Assembly (NCBI RefSeq): GCF_965208485.1
Contig: NZ_OZ242344.1
Coordinates: 648,067 to 712,066 of the forward strand
Length of the DNA: 64,000 bases
Reading direction: 5' to 3'
Origin: Candidatus Poriferisodalis sp.
GTDB lineage: Bacteria; Actinomycetota; Acidimicrobiia; Acidimicrobiales; Poriferisodalaceae
The position numbers and the translations under genes are program-made. The notes beneath the pieces are model-generated. The model saw only the letters and a program-made list of their open reading frames with translations, had not been told where the DNA came from and searched no databases. How positions within the stretch are numbered: the first letter of the stretch is position 1; each line of letters opens with the position of its first letter. Below, one piece after another: positions 54,177 through 63,687 of the stretch.

Positions 54177-55550
54177 CTACGGCGCGCCATTCCGATCCGA
54201 CGTCTCGATCTCCTCGAACGGGACCCATGCGGAGAACTTGAGCAAGCGCGGTGGAGAACCTGCATCGCCATTCTCCACGCACACAGGACCCGTTGTGTTC
54301 CAGCAGACGACAAGGCTGTCAATGGGAACCAACGTATAGGCCGCATGTGCTGGCGAAGGCAGCACGAGCGTCAGTGCGGCGATAGACGCGGCGAAGATCC
54401 CCGCGGCCGTTCGCACGACCCGTCGAGTGCATCGTTGCAGCGACTCATGCGCCCACAGAATGGGCAACGCCGACAGCACCATGATGTTGACGTGCCATCG
54501 GCGTACCGTCGGCACGGCCGTCGAGCCGCTGGGAGCGGCAATGTACGGCTGGGTGATGCCGTGGGATAGAGCCAAGTCCCAGAACAGCAGTGCGAAGATG
54601 ACCATGAACGTGATGCGCGCCGGGCGCTGGTACTCGCCGACGACCTCAAGAAATCGGGTAGCTGAACGTTTCGGCTCGTCGGCATCTTCCTTGGGCAGGT
54701 CGCGAAAGACGGCCGTTTCGTCGAAGCCGATCATCGGGCGCTGCCGGCGCAAACGCCACAGCCTCAGTACCACCAGCACCGCGACGAGAGCCGACATTGC
54801 CCACATCACTGCTTCCCACAGGAAGAACATGGCTTTGGACTCCGCAAGCAGCGCTCCCGCCGCGAGCGGAAATGCCGCCGCGCCCGCCAGCAGCAATGCC
54901 CCCAAGTGCTGGGAGAGCCGCCGCATCTTGACGACACAGTGCCGCCGGGCCATCCATGCCAGCAGCACCATCGGGACAAACAATCCCAGGCTCACCACGA
55001 GCGACGCTGATGCGATCAACGTGCCCCCCGTGGTCATTCCCGTATGCACATACCCCTCGCAACCCCATCCGGACATACCGCACGGGCCGTACCCGGGCTG
55101 TATCAGCGCAGCTTCCTCACGGCTCAATTCATGCTTGTCAAGCCAGCGGCGGAACTGGGGGTCCATCGGGGAAGGCAACTCCTCGATCCGCGCAAACCGG
55201 TCATGGCGGTCGAACTCGCTTGCCAAGTGTCCTGCACCGGTGCGCGACATCAGGTGCCCGACAGCGCAATGAACACCCGAATCGTCAATGAACACCGGAC
55301 GCCGGCCGCGAGTCGCGCAGTTTCGCGGGAACTCCCCAGCCTGCCAGTACTCGTGCAGATGGTCGAGCAATGCCAAGCGGGCCGACTGGTCCGGCCGCGT
55401 CGCGAGCCTCAGGCGGAACTCGTAATGGGCCAAGTGGGCCTGAATGCTGACACGCTCCCGGAGCAGTCCTACGGCACCGGACACTGGGCGAGCAGTATCA
55501 CTGCACTTTCTGCGAATCCAGCTCATTGCGCCAGTCGCTCCAGACTTCAC
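54177..55550 (-). CDS. Hypothetical membrane protein (soluble N-terminal domain plus several TM helices)
   Basis: 457-aa ORF in visibly lower-GC DNA. TM-like runs LIASASLVVSLGLFVPMVLLAW, LLLAGAAAFPLAAGALL, WAMSALVAVLVVL, ITFMVIFALLFW. No family recognised. Confidence 0.5.
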   Translation of the reverse strand: MKSGATGAMSWIRRKCSDTARPVSGAVGLLRERVSIQAHLAHYEFRLRLATRPDQSARLALLDHLHEYWQAGEFPRNCATRGRRPVFIDDSGVHCAVGHLMSRTGAGHLASEFDRHDRFARIEELPSPMDPQFRRWLDKHELSREEAALIQPGYGPCGMSGWGCEGYVHTGMTTGGTLIASASLVVSLGLFVPMVLLAWMARRHCVVKMRRLSQHLGALLLAGAAAFPLAAGALLAESKAMFFLWEAVMWAMSALVAVLVVLRLWRLRRQRPMIGFDETAVFRDLPKEDADEPKRSATRFLEVVGEYQRPARITFMVIFALLFWDLALSHGITQPYIAAPSGSTAVPTVRRWHVNIMVLSALPILWAHESLQRCTRRVVRTAAGIFAASIAALTLVLPSPAHAAYTLVPIDSLVVCWNTTGPVCVENGDAGSPPRLLKFSAWVPFEEIETSDRNGAP

Positions 55551-55776
55551 GGGCCTGCGGGGACCCCGATGGCAGACCCCGAGTGTCCGCGCACCTGCGA
55601 ATCCACATTGCCACAGGTACGTCTCGTGGCGTTCCGTCGTGCGTCGGCTGCGCTGCCGGCATCCACTTCGTGGCCCGCATCAGATGGTTGTGTCGACTTC
55701 GGCCCCAGCCTCAGGCGGCACCGTCGGTACCGATACAGCGTCCGTTCCAGTTGCTGGCGGATGACGTGACGGCATG

Positions 55777-56733
55777 TCAATCCGGGGTCGTCTGGGCGCT
55801 GGGTCGCAGGTCAGCCAGCAGTTCGGTGACGCGGTCGAGCTGGGCGTCGACGTCCGGGGATGCGAGCCGGATGCAGATGTGCTCGCAGCCTGCGTCGATG
55901 TAGCTCTGCAGCCAGGCCGCGATGTCGTCGGCTGTGCCGGACTTGGTTCCCATGATGCGGCGCAGCACTTCGATCTCGACGCCGTAGTACAGCATGGCGT
56001 GCTCGGCCACTTCGGCTGCCGCGGTCTCGGGTTCGTCGATGTTGACGGTCAGGTAGGCCGCAGCCGTGATTGACGCCGGATCGCGGCCTGCCTCGGTCGC
56101 ATGGCTGCGCACGGTCGCAAGCTGGTCGGCGAACGCGTCCACTGCCGGGGCGGTGGGGAACCAGCCGTCGAAGTGCTGACCGGCACGTTCGAGCCCGCGT
56201 GGCCCCGAGCCGCCCAGCCACAGGCGCGGCCCGCCCTCGCTGACGCACACCGGCTGCAGCCGCTGCTGGGCAAGTGTGCCTTCGGCTCGCCAGAGCTCGC
56301 GGGCTCGGTGGACGATCTCCATCATCCGGGCACCCCGACGGCCGTAATCGGCCCCGACAAGATCGAAGTCGGCGTTGACCTCTGCTCCGGGCGGTCCTGC
56401 CCCCACGCCCAGGATGAGACGGCCGCCGGACAGCGCGTCCACCGTGGCGGCCTGCTGCGCAAGCTGCTCGGCACTGCGCATCGAGGCCAGCAGCACCGCC
56501 GTGCCGAGATCGATGCGTTCGGTGGCAGCCGCAATGGCCGCCAGAACCGACAGCGGCTCGGCCCTCGGCTTGGCCAGCAGCGAGTCGCCGATCCACGCGG
56601 CGTCGAAGCCGAGGTCTTCGGCTCGCACCGCCCAGGCGACAAGCCGCCGGGGGTCGCCGTCATGGGGCGGGTACATCGCCATCTCACGCGAGGGCAGCAG
56701 CAGGCCGAAGGTGACGGTTCCGGGTGAGGTCAT
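55777..56733 (-). CDS. LLM-class F420-dependent oxidoreductase
   Basis: FGLLLPS...AWIGDSLLAKPR...LSGGRLILGVGAG... Start set at the ATG at 56733. Confidence 0.85.
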   Translation of the reverse strand: MTSPGTVTFGLLLPSREMAMYPPHDGDPRRLVAWAVRAEDLGFDAAWIGDSLLAKPRAEPLSVLAAIAAATERIDLGTAVLLASMRSAEQLAQQAATVDALSGGRLILGVGAGPPGAEVNADFDLVGADYGRRGARMMEIVHRARELWRAEGTLAQQRLQPVCVSEGGPRLWLGGSGPRGLERAGQHFDGWFPTAPAVDAFADQLATVRSHATEAGRDPASITAAAYLTVNIDEPETAAAEVAEHAMLYYGVEIEVLRRIMGTKSGTADDIAAWLQSYIDAGCEHICIRLASPDVDAQLDRVTELLADLRPSAQTTPD

Positions 56734-56923
56734 AGCGTGAACTGTGCCAGTTTGCGACCCGGCGCCGCGGATCCTTTGGGGCTGATGTTGCCGACAGGCC
56801 GGCAGTAACATCGACGCACAGGCGGGAACTGCCAGATTGCAGTGGGCTGAGCGAAGGACTGGTCGCGTGCTGGAACGACGACGGGAGGATCTCTGGCGCC
56901 AACTGCAGGGCAAGAAGCGCCAG

Positions 56924-58417
56924 ATGCCGAACTTCCTGACGGCCATCGAACTCGACGGACTGCGGGGGCTTGACGACCTGCGAGTAACGTTCGACTACCC
57001 AGTCAGCGTCGTCGCCGGCGGCAATGCAACCGGCAAGACCACCGTCTTGTTTGCTGCGGCGTGCGCATATGACGTTCCTGGCGCGCCGAGCCGGTACTTC
57101 GTGCCGTCGGCGCTGTTTCCCAGCTACAGCCCTCAGGTCGGCGACAGATCGGACGACCTCGGCAACATCTCTCTCGCATTCAGTTACGTCACGTCTGACG
57201 GCGACTACCGGATGCAGTGGCGAAAGCTCAAGAGCTGGAGCCGCAGCTACTTCGGCAGAAAGGCAGCGTCGCAGCCGAGCAGGCGTGTCTATCTGCGAAC
57301 GCTGAGCAACCTGAGCAACCCATCAGAGGTGCGCGGCGTGCTGAGCATGTCGCGTGCCGCGTCCGTACCCGAGGAGGCCCCGCTCACGGCCTCAGCGATA
57401 CGTTTTTCCCATCAGGTTCTGCCATTCAGGTACGACGAGGTCGTCGACTTGTCGAGCGGCAAGAAGCACCTGCTGTTCGCATCACAACGAGGCGGACCGA
57501 GCTATTCCGAGCTGCAGATGGCCTCAGGAGAGCGCGCCGTCGTACGGCTGGCCCAGCAGATAGCGACGCTCGACGATGCCTTGGTGCTGATCGACGAAGT
57601 GGAGGCTGGCATGCACCCTTGGGTGCAGCAAGTGTTGATGCTGGAGCTGCAGCAGCTCGCGCTACGCAACAACCTTCAGGTCATCGTGACGTCGCACAGC
57701 CCCGTGGTGCTGGAATCGGTCCCCGACAACGGCAGGATCTTCTTGCAGCGGCGTGACGACGGTCGCGTCGAGGTACTGCCCGCGTACCGGGACATCATCC
57801 AGGACTCGCTCTACGGGAGATCGCAGGACTCGCTCAATGTGCTCTGCGAGGACGATGTGGCCGAAGGAATCCTGCTCGGTGTCATCGACTACCTCGTCCC
57901 GGAGCTTGGGCTGAGCCATCAGGCGATTCGCATCGGACGCGACACCGGCGCATCCCAGTTTCCCGAACACGCACGAGCCCTCCGGAAGTTCGGCCAGTTG
58001 GCAAATCTGATGTTTGTTCTCGACGGGGACGTGCGAGACACTGACGAAGAACGCAAGCTCCGCGATGCGGCAGTCGGGGCTGCGGGCATCTGCTTTCTGC
58101 CAAGCGACGGCGCCCCCGAAGCGTGGATCTGGCAGCAGCTTCGGCACGGACCACTCGACGAGGGTGAACTCGGCATCAGCATGGACAGCTTGCAGGCACT
58201 GATGGCGCAGTTCGACTCGCTGTACGACAACGCCTCCGACAGCGAGTCCAACATCGCGAAGTCAAAACTGAGCGGCCTCGCAGAGTCGCTGCAACGCAGT
58301 GCAGCGGAGGTTGGCAGGATCATTGCCCGCCAGCAGGCACCGGAGCCGTCCTCGCCGATTCGACCGCTCGTCGAAGAACTCACCGACGTGATCACCCGCT
58401 GGAGAGGTGCGCAGTAA
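56924..58417 (+). CDS. OLD/PARIS-like ABC ATPase fused to a Toprim-like C-terminal domain
   Basis: Walker A GGNATGKTT, signature-like SGERAV, Walker B LVLIDEVEAGMHP, TSHSP. C-terminal part has VLCEDDVAEG (Toprim Glu) and FVLDGDVRD (DxD). Start set at the ATG at 56924 (MPNFLTAIEL). Confidence 0.7.
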   Translation: MPNFLTAIELDGLRGLDDLRVTFDYPVSVVAGGNATGKTTVLFAAACAYDVPGAPSRYFVPSALFPSYSPQVGDRSDDLGNISLAFSYVTSDGDYRMQWRKLKSWSRSYFGRKAASQPSRRVYLRTLSNLSNPSEVRGVLSMSRAASVPEEAPLTASAIRFSHQVLPFRYDEVVDLSSGKKHLLFASQRGGPSYSELQMASGERAVVRLAQQIATLDDALVLIDEVEAGMHPWVQQVLMLELQQLALRNNLQVIVTSHSPVVLESVPDNGRIFLQRRDDGRVEVLPAYRDIIQDSLYGRSQDSLNVLCEDDVAEGILLGVIDYLVPELGLSHQAIRIGRDTGASQFPEHARALRKFGQLANLMFVLDGDVRDTDEERKLRDAAVGAAGICFLPSDGAPEAWIWQQLRHGPLDEGELGISMDSLQALMAQFDSLYDNASDSESNIAKSKLSGLAESLQRSAAEVGRIIARQQAPEPSSPIRPLVEELTDVITRWRGAQ

Positions 58418-58434
58418 CCCGAGCGAGACTGTGC

Positions 58435-61086
58435 CTAGACCCAGGCGTCGGCTCGCTCGCGGTTGGAGGGATTGCGCATCGGCAGCTCGTTGTGCCAGAC
58501 GCCCTCGTGCTCGCGCAGCGCAGCCGCCACCGCACCGGCGGTGGGCACCAGCCCGATCTCGCCGACGCCCTTGATGCCGTAAGGGGCGCCCGGCTGCGGC
58601 GACTCCACCAGGATCACGTCGACGTCGGGCATGTCCTTGGGCCGGATGATTGCGAGGCTGCGCAGCGTGGAGTTGAGCGGGCGCCCGTCGGCGTCGGCGG
58701 GGAAGCCCTCGCTGAGCGCGTAGCCCAGACCCATGTGCACGCTGCCCTCGATCTGGCCTTCACACAAGATCGGATTCACGGCCCGGCCCACATCGTGAGC
58801 GGCGATGACCCGCTCCACATCGCCAGTGTCGGAGTCGAGGATCACCACTTGGGCGGCGTAGCCGAACGTGGAGTGGATGACCGGGTGCTCGAGGCCTTCT
58901 GAGAGCGAGTTCGTCCAGTCCACCCGGTACTCGCCCTCGTAGTCCACCTCCGGCTGGCAGCCGTCGGCGAGCGCGGCGCGGCAGGCGTCTGCCACCGCGC
59001 CTGCGCCCATGAGCGTGCCCCGGCTGCCGGTGGTCTGGCCGGCACCGAGTTCGCGGGTGGAGTCCACGACCACCCGCACGGCCTCGGGATCCACGCCCAG
59101 TTCCTCCACGGCCACTTGCAGCGCCACCGTGTGCACCCCCTGGCCCATCTCGGTCCAGCAGTGGCGGACCTCCACCGTGCCGTCAGAGCAGAAGCGCACG
59201 ATCGCCTTGGCGATCTCCTTGAAGCCGTTGCCGAGGCCCGAGTTCTTCAGCCCGAGCCCGATGCCGACGGGCTTGCCGGCAGCGCGGGCAGCCTCGTAGG
59301 GCTCGCGCACAGCATCGAGGCAGGCCTGGGCGCCGAGGCAGCCGTCATCCATGATCTGGCCCGGTCCCCACACTCCCCCGGGCACCACCACGTTGCGCCG
59401 GCGCATCTCGAAGCCGCTGATGCCCACCGCTTCGGCCAGCCGGTCCATCACGCCTTCCATGGCGAACTGGGCCTGATTGGCGCCGAAGCCTCGGAATGCG
59501 CCGCAGACCGGGTTGTTGGTGCGCACCGCCACCGACTCGACATCTACCGCCGGCACCAAGTACGGGCCGGTGGCGTGACCTGCGGACCGTTCCAGCACTT
59601 TCATGCCCACCGAGGCGTACGGACCCGAGTCGCCGAACATGCTCGCCCGCACGGCGGTGAGCTTGCCGTCGGCGTCACAGCCGACCTCGTAGGTCATGCG
59701 GATCGGGTGCCGCTTCGGGTGCATGAGCAGCGATTCCTCACGCGACAGCGTGATCCGCACCGGGCGACCGGTCAGCCATGCCGCAAGCGCCGCGTGGGCC
59801 TGGTTGGACATGTCCTCCTTGCCGCCGAATGCACCGCCGTTGGACACCAGCTCGGTGGTGATCACCGACGGGTCCAGTGCCAGCACCGCTGCAATGTCGT
59901 TGCGGTCGTCCCAGATGCCCTGCCCGCCGGTGTAGACGTGCAGCCCGGCCGGAAGCCCGTTGGCAGCCAATTCTCCGGCAATACGGGGCACGGCCAGGGT
60001 CGACTCGGGTTCGAGGTAGGCGTGCTCGATGCGCTGCGTCTGGAAGGTCTCGGTGACCACATGTGCAGAGCCGGCCAGCGCAGCGTCCACATCGCCGCGG
60101 GAGTAAGTGGAGCGGGACAGGATGTTGCCGTCGAGCTCCCACACAGCGTCGATGTCGCTGTCCTTCACCCGCACCGGGTCGGTCATGGGCGCAAGGACGT
60201 CGTAGGACACCTCGATCAGCTCGGCGGCCCGCCTCGCAGCGGGCCGGTTGTCGGCCACGACGATCGCCAGCACGTCGCCGAGGTACGACGTGCGCCCGCC
60301 GACCGGGATCATGACCGGCCAATCCTTGTGAATGAGCCCCACTCGCAGGACGCCGGGGATGTCGGCGGCAGTGAACACCGCCTGCACGCCGGGCACTGCC
60401 TCGGCTGCGCTCACTTCGATTGCCAGCACGTCGGCACGGGCGTGATCGGCGAAGCGCAGGGCGCCGTGCAGCATGCCGTACGGGGCTGTCACACCGCTGA
60501 TCGACGAGTCGATCACGATGTCGTCGATGTAAGGGCGGCTGCCCAGCGTGAGCTCGCGGGCCTCGTAGCGCACACCCGAACTGCCCACGCCCTTCGGGGG
60601 GAGCGCCACGGGCACCTCGCCCGCCGCCAGCGATTCGACCGCATCGAGGATCTTGGTGTAGCCGGTGCAGCGACACAGGTGACCGCCCAGATGCCGGCTG
60701 GCTTCCTCCCGGGTGAGCGCCGAACCCTTGCGGTCAAGCAGTGCTTTCAGGCGTACCACGATGCCCGGAGTGCAGAACCCGCACTGCAAGGCGCCGAACG
60801 CCGCGAACGTGTTCGCCATGGCGTCGACCTCGGCCTCGTCGAAGCCCTCGACGGTGGTGATCTCGGTACCCGCCGAGCGCTCCAGGCTGGTCTGGCAGGC
60901 CACCCGGGCCTTGCCGTCTACGAGCACCGTGCAGCAGCCGCATTGGCCCGACGGGGCGCACCCGTCCTTGGGCGAGATGATCCCCAGCTCGTCTCGCAGC
61001 GCCGCCAGCAGGTGCTCGTGGTCGCTGGCGACGGTGACCGGCGAGCCGTTCAGCACGAACTCGGTCACCGAATTCGAAGCAGTCAT
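58435..61086 (-). CDS. Xanthine-dehydrogenase-family enzyme with fused [2Fe-2S] and molybdopterin-binding domains (XdhD-like)
   Basis: N-terminus GCAPSGQCGCCTVLVD...CGFCTPGIV...CRCTGY, then ~720 aa of aldehyde-oxidase/XDH Mo-binding blocks. Start set at the ATG at 61086. Confidence 0.9.
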   Translation of the reverse strand: MTASNSVTEFVLNGSPVTVASDHEHLLAALRDELGIISPKDGCAPSGQCGCCTVLVDGKARVACQTSLERSAGTEITTVEGFDEAEVDAMANTFAAFGALQCGFCTPGIVVRLKALLDRKGSALTREEASRHLGGHLCRCTGYTKILDAVESLAAGEVPVALPPKGVGSSGVRYEARELTLGSRPYIDDIVIDSSISGVTAPYGMLHGALRFADHARADVLAIEVSAAEAVPGVQAVFTAADIPGVLRVGLIHKDWPVMIPVGGRTSYLGDVLAIVVADNRPAARRAAELIEVSYDVLAPMTDPVRVKDSDIDAVWELDGNILSRSTYSRGDVDAALAGSAHVVTETFQTQRIEHAYLEPESTLAVPRIAGELAANGLPAGLHVYTGGQGIWDDRNDIAAVLALDPSVITTELVSNGGAFGGKEDMSNQAHAALAAWLTGRPVRITLSREESLLMHPKRHPIRMTYEVGCDADGKLTAVRASMFGDSGPYASVGMKVLERSAGHATGPYLVPAVDVESVAVRTNNPVCGAFRGFGANQAQFAMEGVMDRLAEAVGISGFEMRRRNVVVPGGVWGPGQIMDDGCLGAQACLDAVREPYEAARAAGKPVGIGLGLKNSGLGNGFKEIAKAIVRFCSDGTVEVRHCWTEMGQGVHTVALQVAVEELGVDPEAVRVVVDSTRELGAGQTTGSRGTLMGAGAVADACRAALADGCQPEVDYEGEYRVDWTNSLSEGLEHPVIHSTFGYAAQVVILDSDTGDVERVIAAHDVGRAVNPILCEGQIEGSVHMGLGYALSEGFPADADGRPLNSTLRSLAIIRPKDMPDVDVILVESPQPGAPYGIKGVGEIGLVPTAGAVAAALREHEGVWHNELPMRNPSNRERADAWV

Positions 61087-61281
61087 TGGATACCTCGTCT
61101 CCGGGACCCGAGCATTCTCGTGGTCCCCTCCCCGCAGGCCATTGTCGCACCACCGCGAGGCCATTCACACCACTGCGAGTTGTCGACGCCACTGAGATGC
61201 GGCTGGCTCGAGCTGAACGTCATCTAGCCTGTATTTTGAAAATAGTACTTTGAGATAACGGGGCAACGCTACGCTGAGGCC

Positions 61282-62454
61282 GTGATCGAGCGTGAGGTAA
61301 CGCCACTCCTGCTGCGACTGTTCAAGCAGTATCCGGTTGTCACCGTCACCGGCCCACGCCAATCCGGCAAGACGACGCTGTGCCGCGGCGTCTTCGCAGA
61401 CTTGGCCTACGCGAATCTTGAGGACCCCGATGCCCGTGAGTTCGCCGAGACCGACCCACGGCGATTCTTGGCACAGTTCCCCAACGGCGCTGTGCTCGAT
61501 GAGATTCAGCGCGTGCCGAAGCTGCTGTCCTATCTCCAAGTCATCGTCGACGACGACCGCCGCAACGGGTTGTTCGTGCTCACCGGCAGCGAGCAGTTCG
61601 GCCTGACATCGACGATCAGCCAATCACTGGCCGGACGCACGGCGCTGCTGCGTCTGCTGCCGTTCACGCTCGCCGAGCGCCGTCTCGCCGGGGCCTCTGG
61701 GTCAGTCGACGACATCTTGTACTCGGGGGGCTATCCCCGGATTCATGACCAAGGACTCGACCCCACTCAAGCGCTTGCCGACTATCTGGTGACCTATGTC
61801 GAACGCGACGCTCAGCGGATCGGCGGGATTCGCGACCTCGCCGCCTTTCGCCGGTTCGTGCGGTTGTGCGCGGGCCGTGTCGGCCAGCAGCTGAACTTGT
61901 CCAACCTCGGTGCCGATGCCGGAGTGTCGCAGCCCACAGCACGCCAGTGGCTAGGGGTTCTCGAGGCGAGCGACATCGTGTTCCGCCTGCCGCCGTACCA
62001 CGCCAACATTCGCAAACGGCTGGTGAAGGCGCCGAAGCTCTACTTCGTGGACGTCGGCCTGGCCAGCTACCTGGTCGGCATCCGCGACAGCGAGCAGCTT
62101 GCTGCCCATCCGCTGCGCGGCCCGCTGTTCGAGAACGCCGCGATTGCCGAGGCGCTCAAGCACTCGCACAACCACACCCGCTACGCCGAGCTGTCGTTCT
62201 TCCGCACCGCTGACGGTCTCGAGTGCGACCTGCTCTATCCGACGCCCGCTGGTCTCGTCGCTGTCGAAGTCAAGTCGGGCGCCACGCTCGCGGGGGCTTG
62301 GTTCGCGGGACTGCGCCGCATCCAGCGCAGCATCCCCGGCGTCTCCTCGGCAGCCATCGTCTACGGCGGCGACCAGTCCCAAGAGCGCAGCGACGCCACG
62401 GCAACACCCCTCGCCGAGTTCGCCTCGCTCCTCCGCGATCTCGATGTCATGTAG
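61282..62454 (+). CDS. AAA+ ATPase (AAA_14 / DUF4143 family)
   Basis: GPRQSGKTT, FVLTGSEQF, YVERD, KLYFVDVGL, ECDLL...AVEVKSG. Confidence 0.85.
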   Translation: MIEREVTPLLLRLFKQYPVVTVTGPRQSGKTTLCRGVFADLAYANLEDPDAREFAETDPRRFLAQFPNGAVLDEIQRVPKLLSYLQVIVDDDRRNGLFVLTGSEQFGLTSTISQSLAGRTALLRLLPFTLAERRLAGASGSVDDILYSGGYPRIHDQGLDPTQALADYLVTYVERDAQRIGGIRDLAAFRRFVRLCAGRVGQQLNLSNLGADAGVSQPTARQWLGVLEASDIVFRLPPYHANIRKRLVKAPKLYFVDVGLASYLVGIRDSEQLAAHPLRGPLFENAAIAEALKHSHNHTRYAELSFFRTADGLECDLLYPTPAGLVAVEVKSGATLAGAWFAGLRRIQRSIPGVSSAAIVYGGDQSQERSDATATPLAEFASLLRDLDVM

Positions 62455-63665
62455 AGCGACGGGACCGCGCAGACGGCTGACGCGCGCTGCGGCCCGGAGC
62501 GGCAGGCCGGCGCATCTGGGATCGAGCGCCAGAATTCGGAGGGTCGCTCTGGCCGAAGCGGTTCCACCCCCAGCACTCCACTTCACCGTCATCGCACAGA
62601 GCGCAGGTGTGGAACAGCCCCACTGAGACCTCGGCAAACTTGCCGGAAGGGACATTCGCAGCCGCTGGATCCCGCGCGTCTCCCCTACAACGAATCTCCC
62701 CCGTTGCCAGGACGCCACAGGCGTAGTTCCCACTCAACGAAACCTGATTGAACCGCTCTGCCGGCGGTGTCGGAACCTGCTCGCCCACGCACAGCAAGGT
62801 GCTGTCTTCGGTGAATGCGCACGCGTTGGCCGTGGAACTGACCATAACGCCGAGATAGCGGCCGTCGGGAAACTCCACAGAAGACGATGCTGTGTTTCGG
62901 CACGCAATCGACTGGTCGGGGTTGAGGCCGCACAGAGTGGCGCCGGCCATCGAGAAGCTCTGCGCGGTGCCGAAGTCGCGCATCGTCGGCCATTCCCAGC
63001 AACGGACCGAGTGGTCGGCCTCCAATCCGCAGATCTGGTGGCTCTTTGCCGCGATGGCGGCCAACTTGATGTCTTCAGGCCCGACCCCAGCTTCGTAACC
63101 AGGGCCCCCAGCACTCGGCGATTCCGTCGAGCCTGATCCCGCACACGTACGGCAAGTCCGCCCGGCACCGGCTGTCGTTCACCCGTGCAACGTCTATCTG
63201 GACGAACTCAGCATCCTCCCTGTTCAGCACGGCAGCTCCGTTGGTGCCCCATCCCGGCATTGCTTCGCGGCGCAGCTCGAGCCCCCACCTCGTCGTGCCG
63301 CTGGAAGTCTGAACGAAATCGCCCTGCTGGGACCACTCGTCATCTGCATCCCAGCATTCGGCGTCTCCCTCGCTGTTGATCCAGCACCCGCCCTCGCGGC
63401 CCAAGGACACCCTTTCGGGCCCGAGCTCGACTGTCGTCTGGACGACTGGCGTGCTGTTCTCGTCCCTCTCTTCGCCGGCGCCGCTGTCGGTACCTGCGAC
63501 GTGATCATCGTTCGAGTCAGGCGCAGAACCATCACGCAACTGTTCGTCACCGGCGGGACTGCATGCGCCCAGCAGTGCGCAGCCCATCAGCACGGCGATG
63601 AATGCGTTCTTCTTCGGTCCCGACCGCCTGAACCGCACGCCGCGCCGATTGCGATCATCTGGCAA
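62447..63665 (-). pseudogene. RCC1-repeat-like secreted lipoprotein, split by an apparent frameshift
   Basis: ORF 63075-63665 has the lipobox LLGAC and ECWD/ECWG repeats. ORF 62447-63064 has HTCALCDDGEVECWGWNRFGQ. Removing one base in the tgggggccc run near 63095-63105 joins them as ...ECWGPGYEAGVGPEDIKLAAIAAKSHQICGL... Confidence 0.55.
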
Positions 63666-63687
63666 GTGTCGTATATGCCGACCGGGG

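Noticed and set aside
53882-54346. Minus-strand ORF upstream of the ssnA-like gene, considered as its missing N-terminus (a frameshift scenario)
   Set aside because: The translation (…TLSELADGCYLEVDSFVPPDIQEF…) shows no resemblance to the beta-sandwich N-terminus of SsnA/chlorohydrolase proteins. The rest is Arg/Ser-rich.
59116-61227. 703-aa plus-strand ORF (similar cases at 16562-18268, 10937-11914, 30749-32053 and 50545-51519)
   Set aside because: All are antisense to strongly supported enzyme or permease genes and lack any recognisable motif. They are shadow ORFs caused by GC3 bias.
61225-61262. AT-rich near-palindrome tattttgaaaata in the divergent xdhD-like/ATPase intergenic region, considered as a specific operator
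   Set aside because: Only 6-bp arms. It is plausible simply as promoter -10/-35 AT-rich DNA. Its similarity to caaaatac near 51525 is too short to be meaningful.
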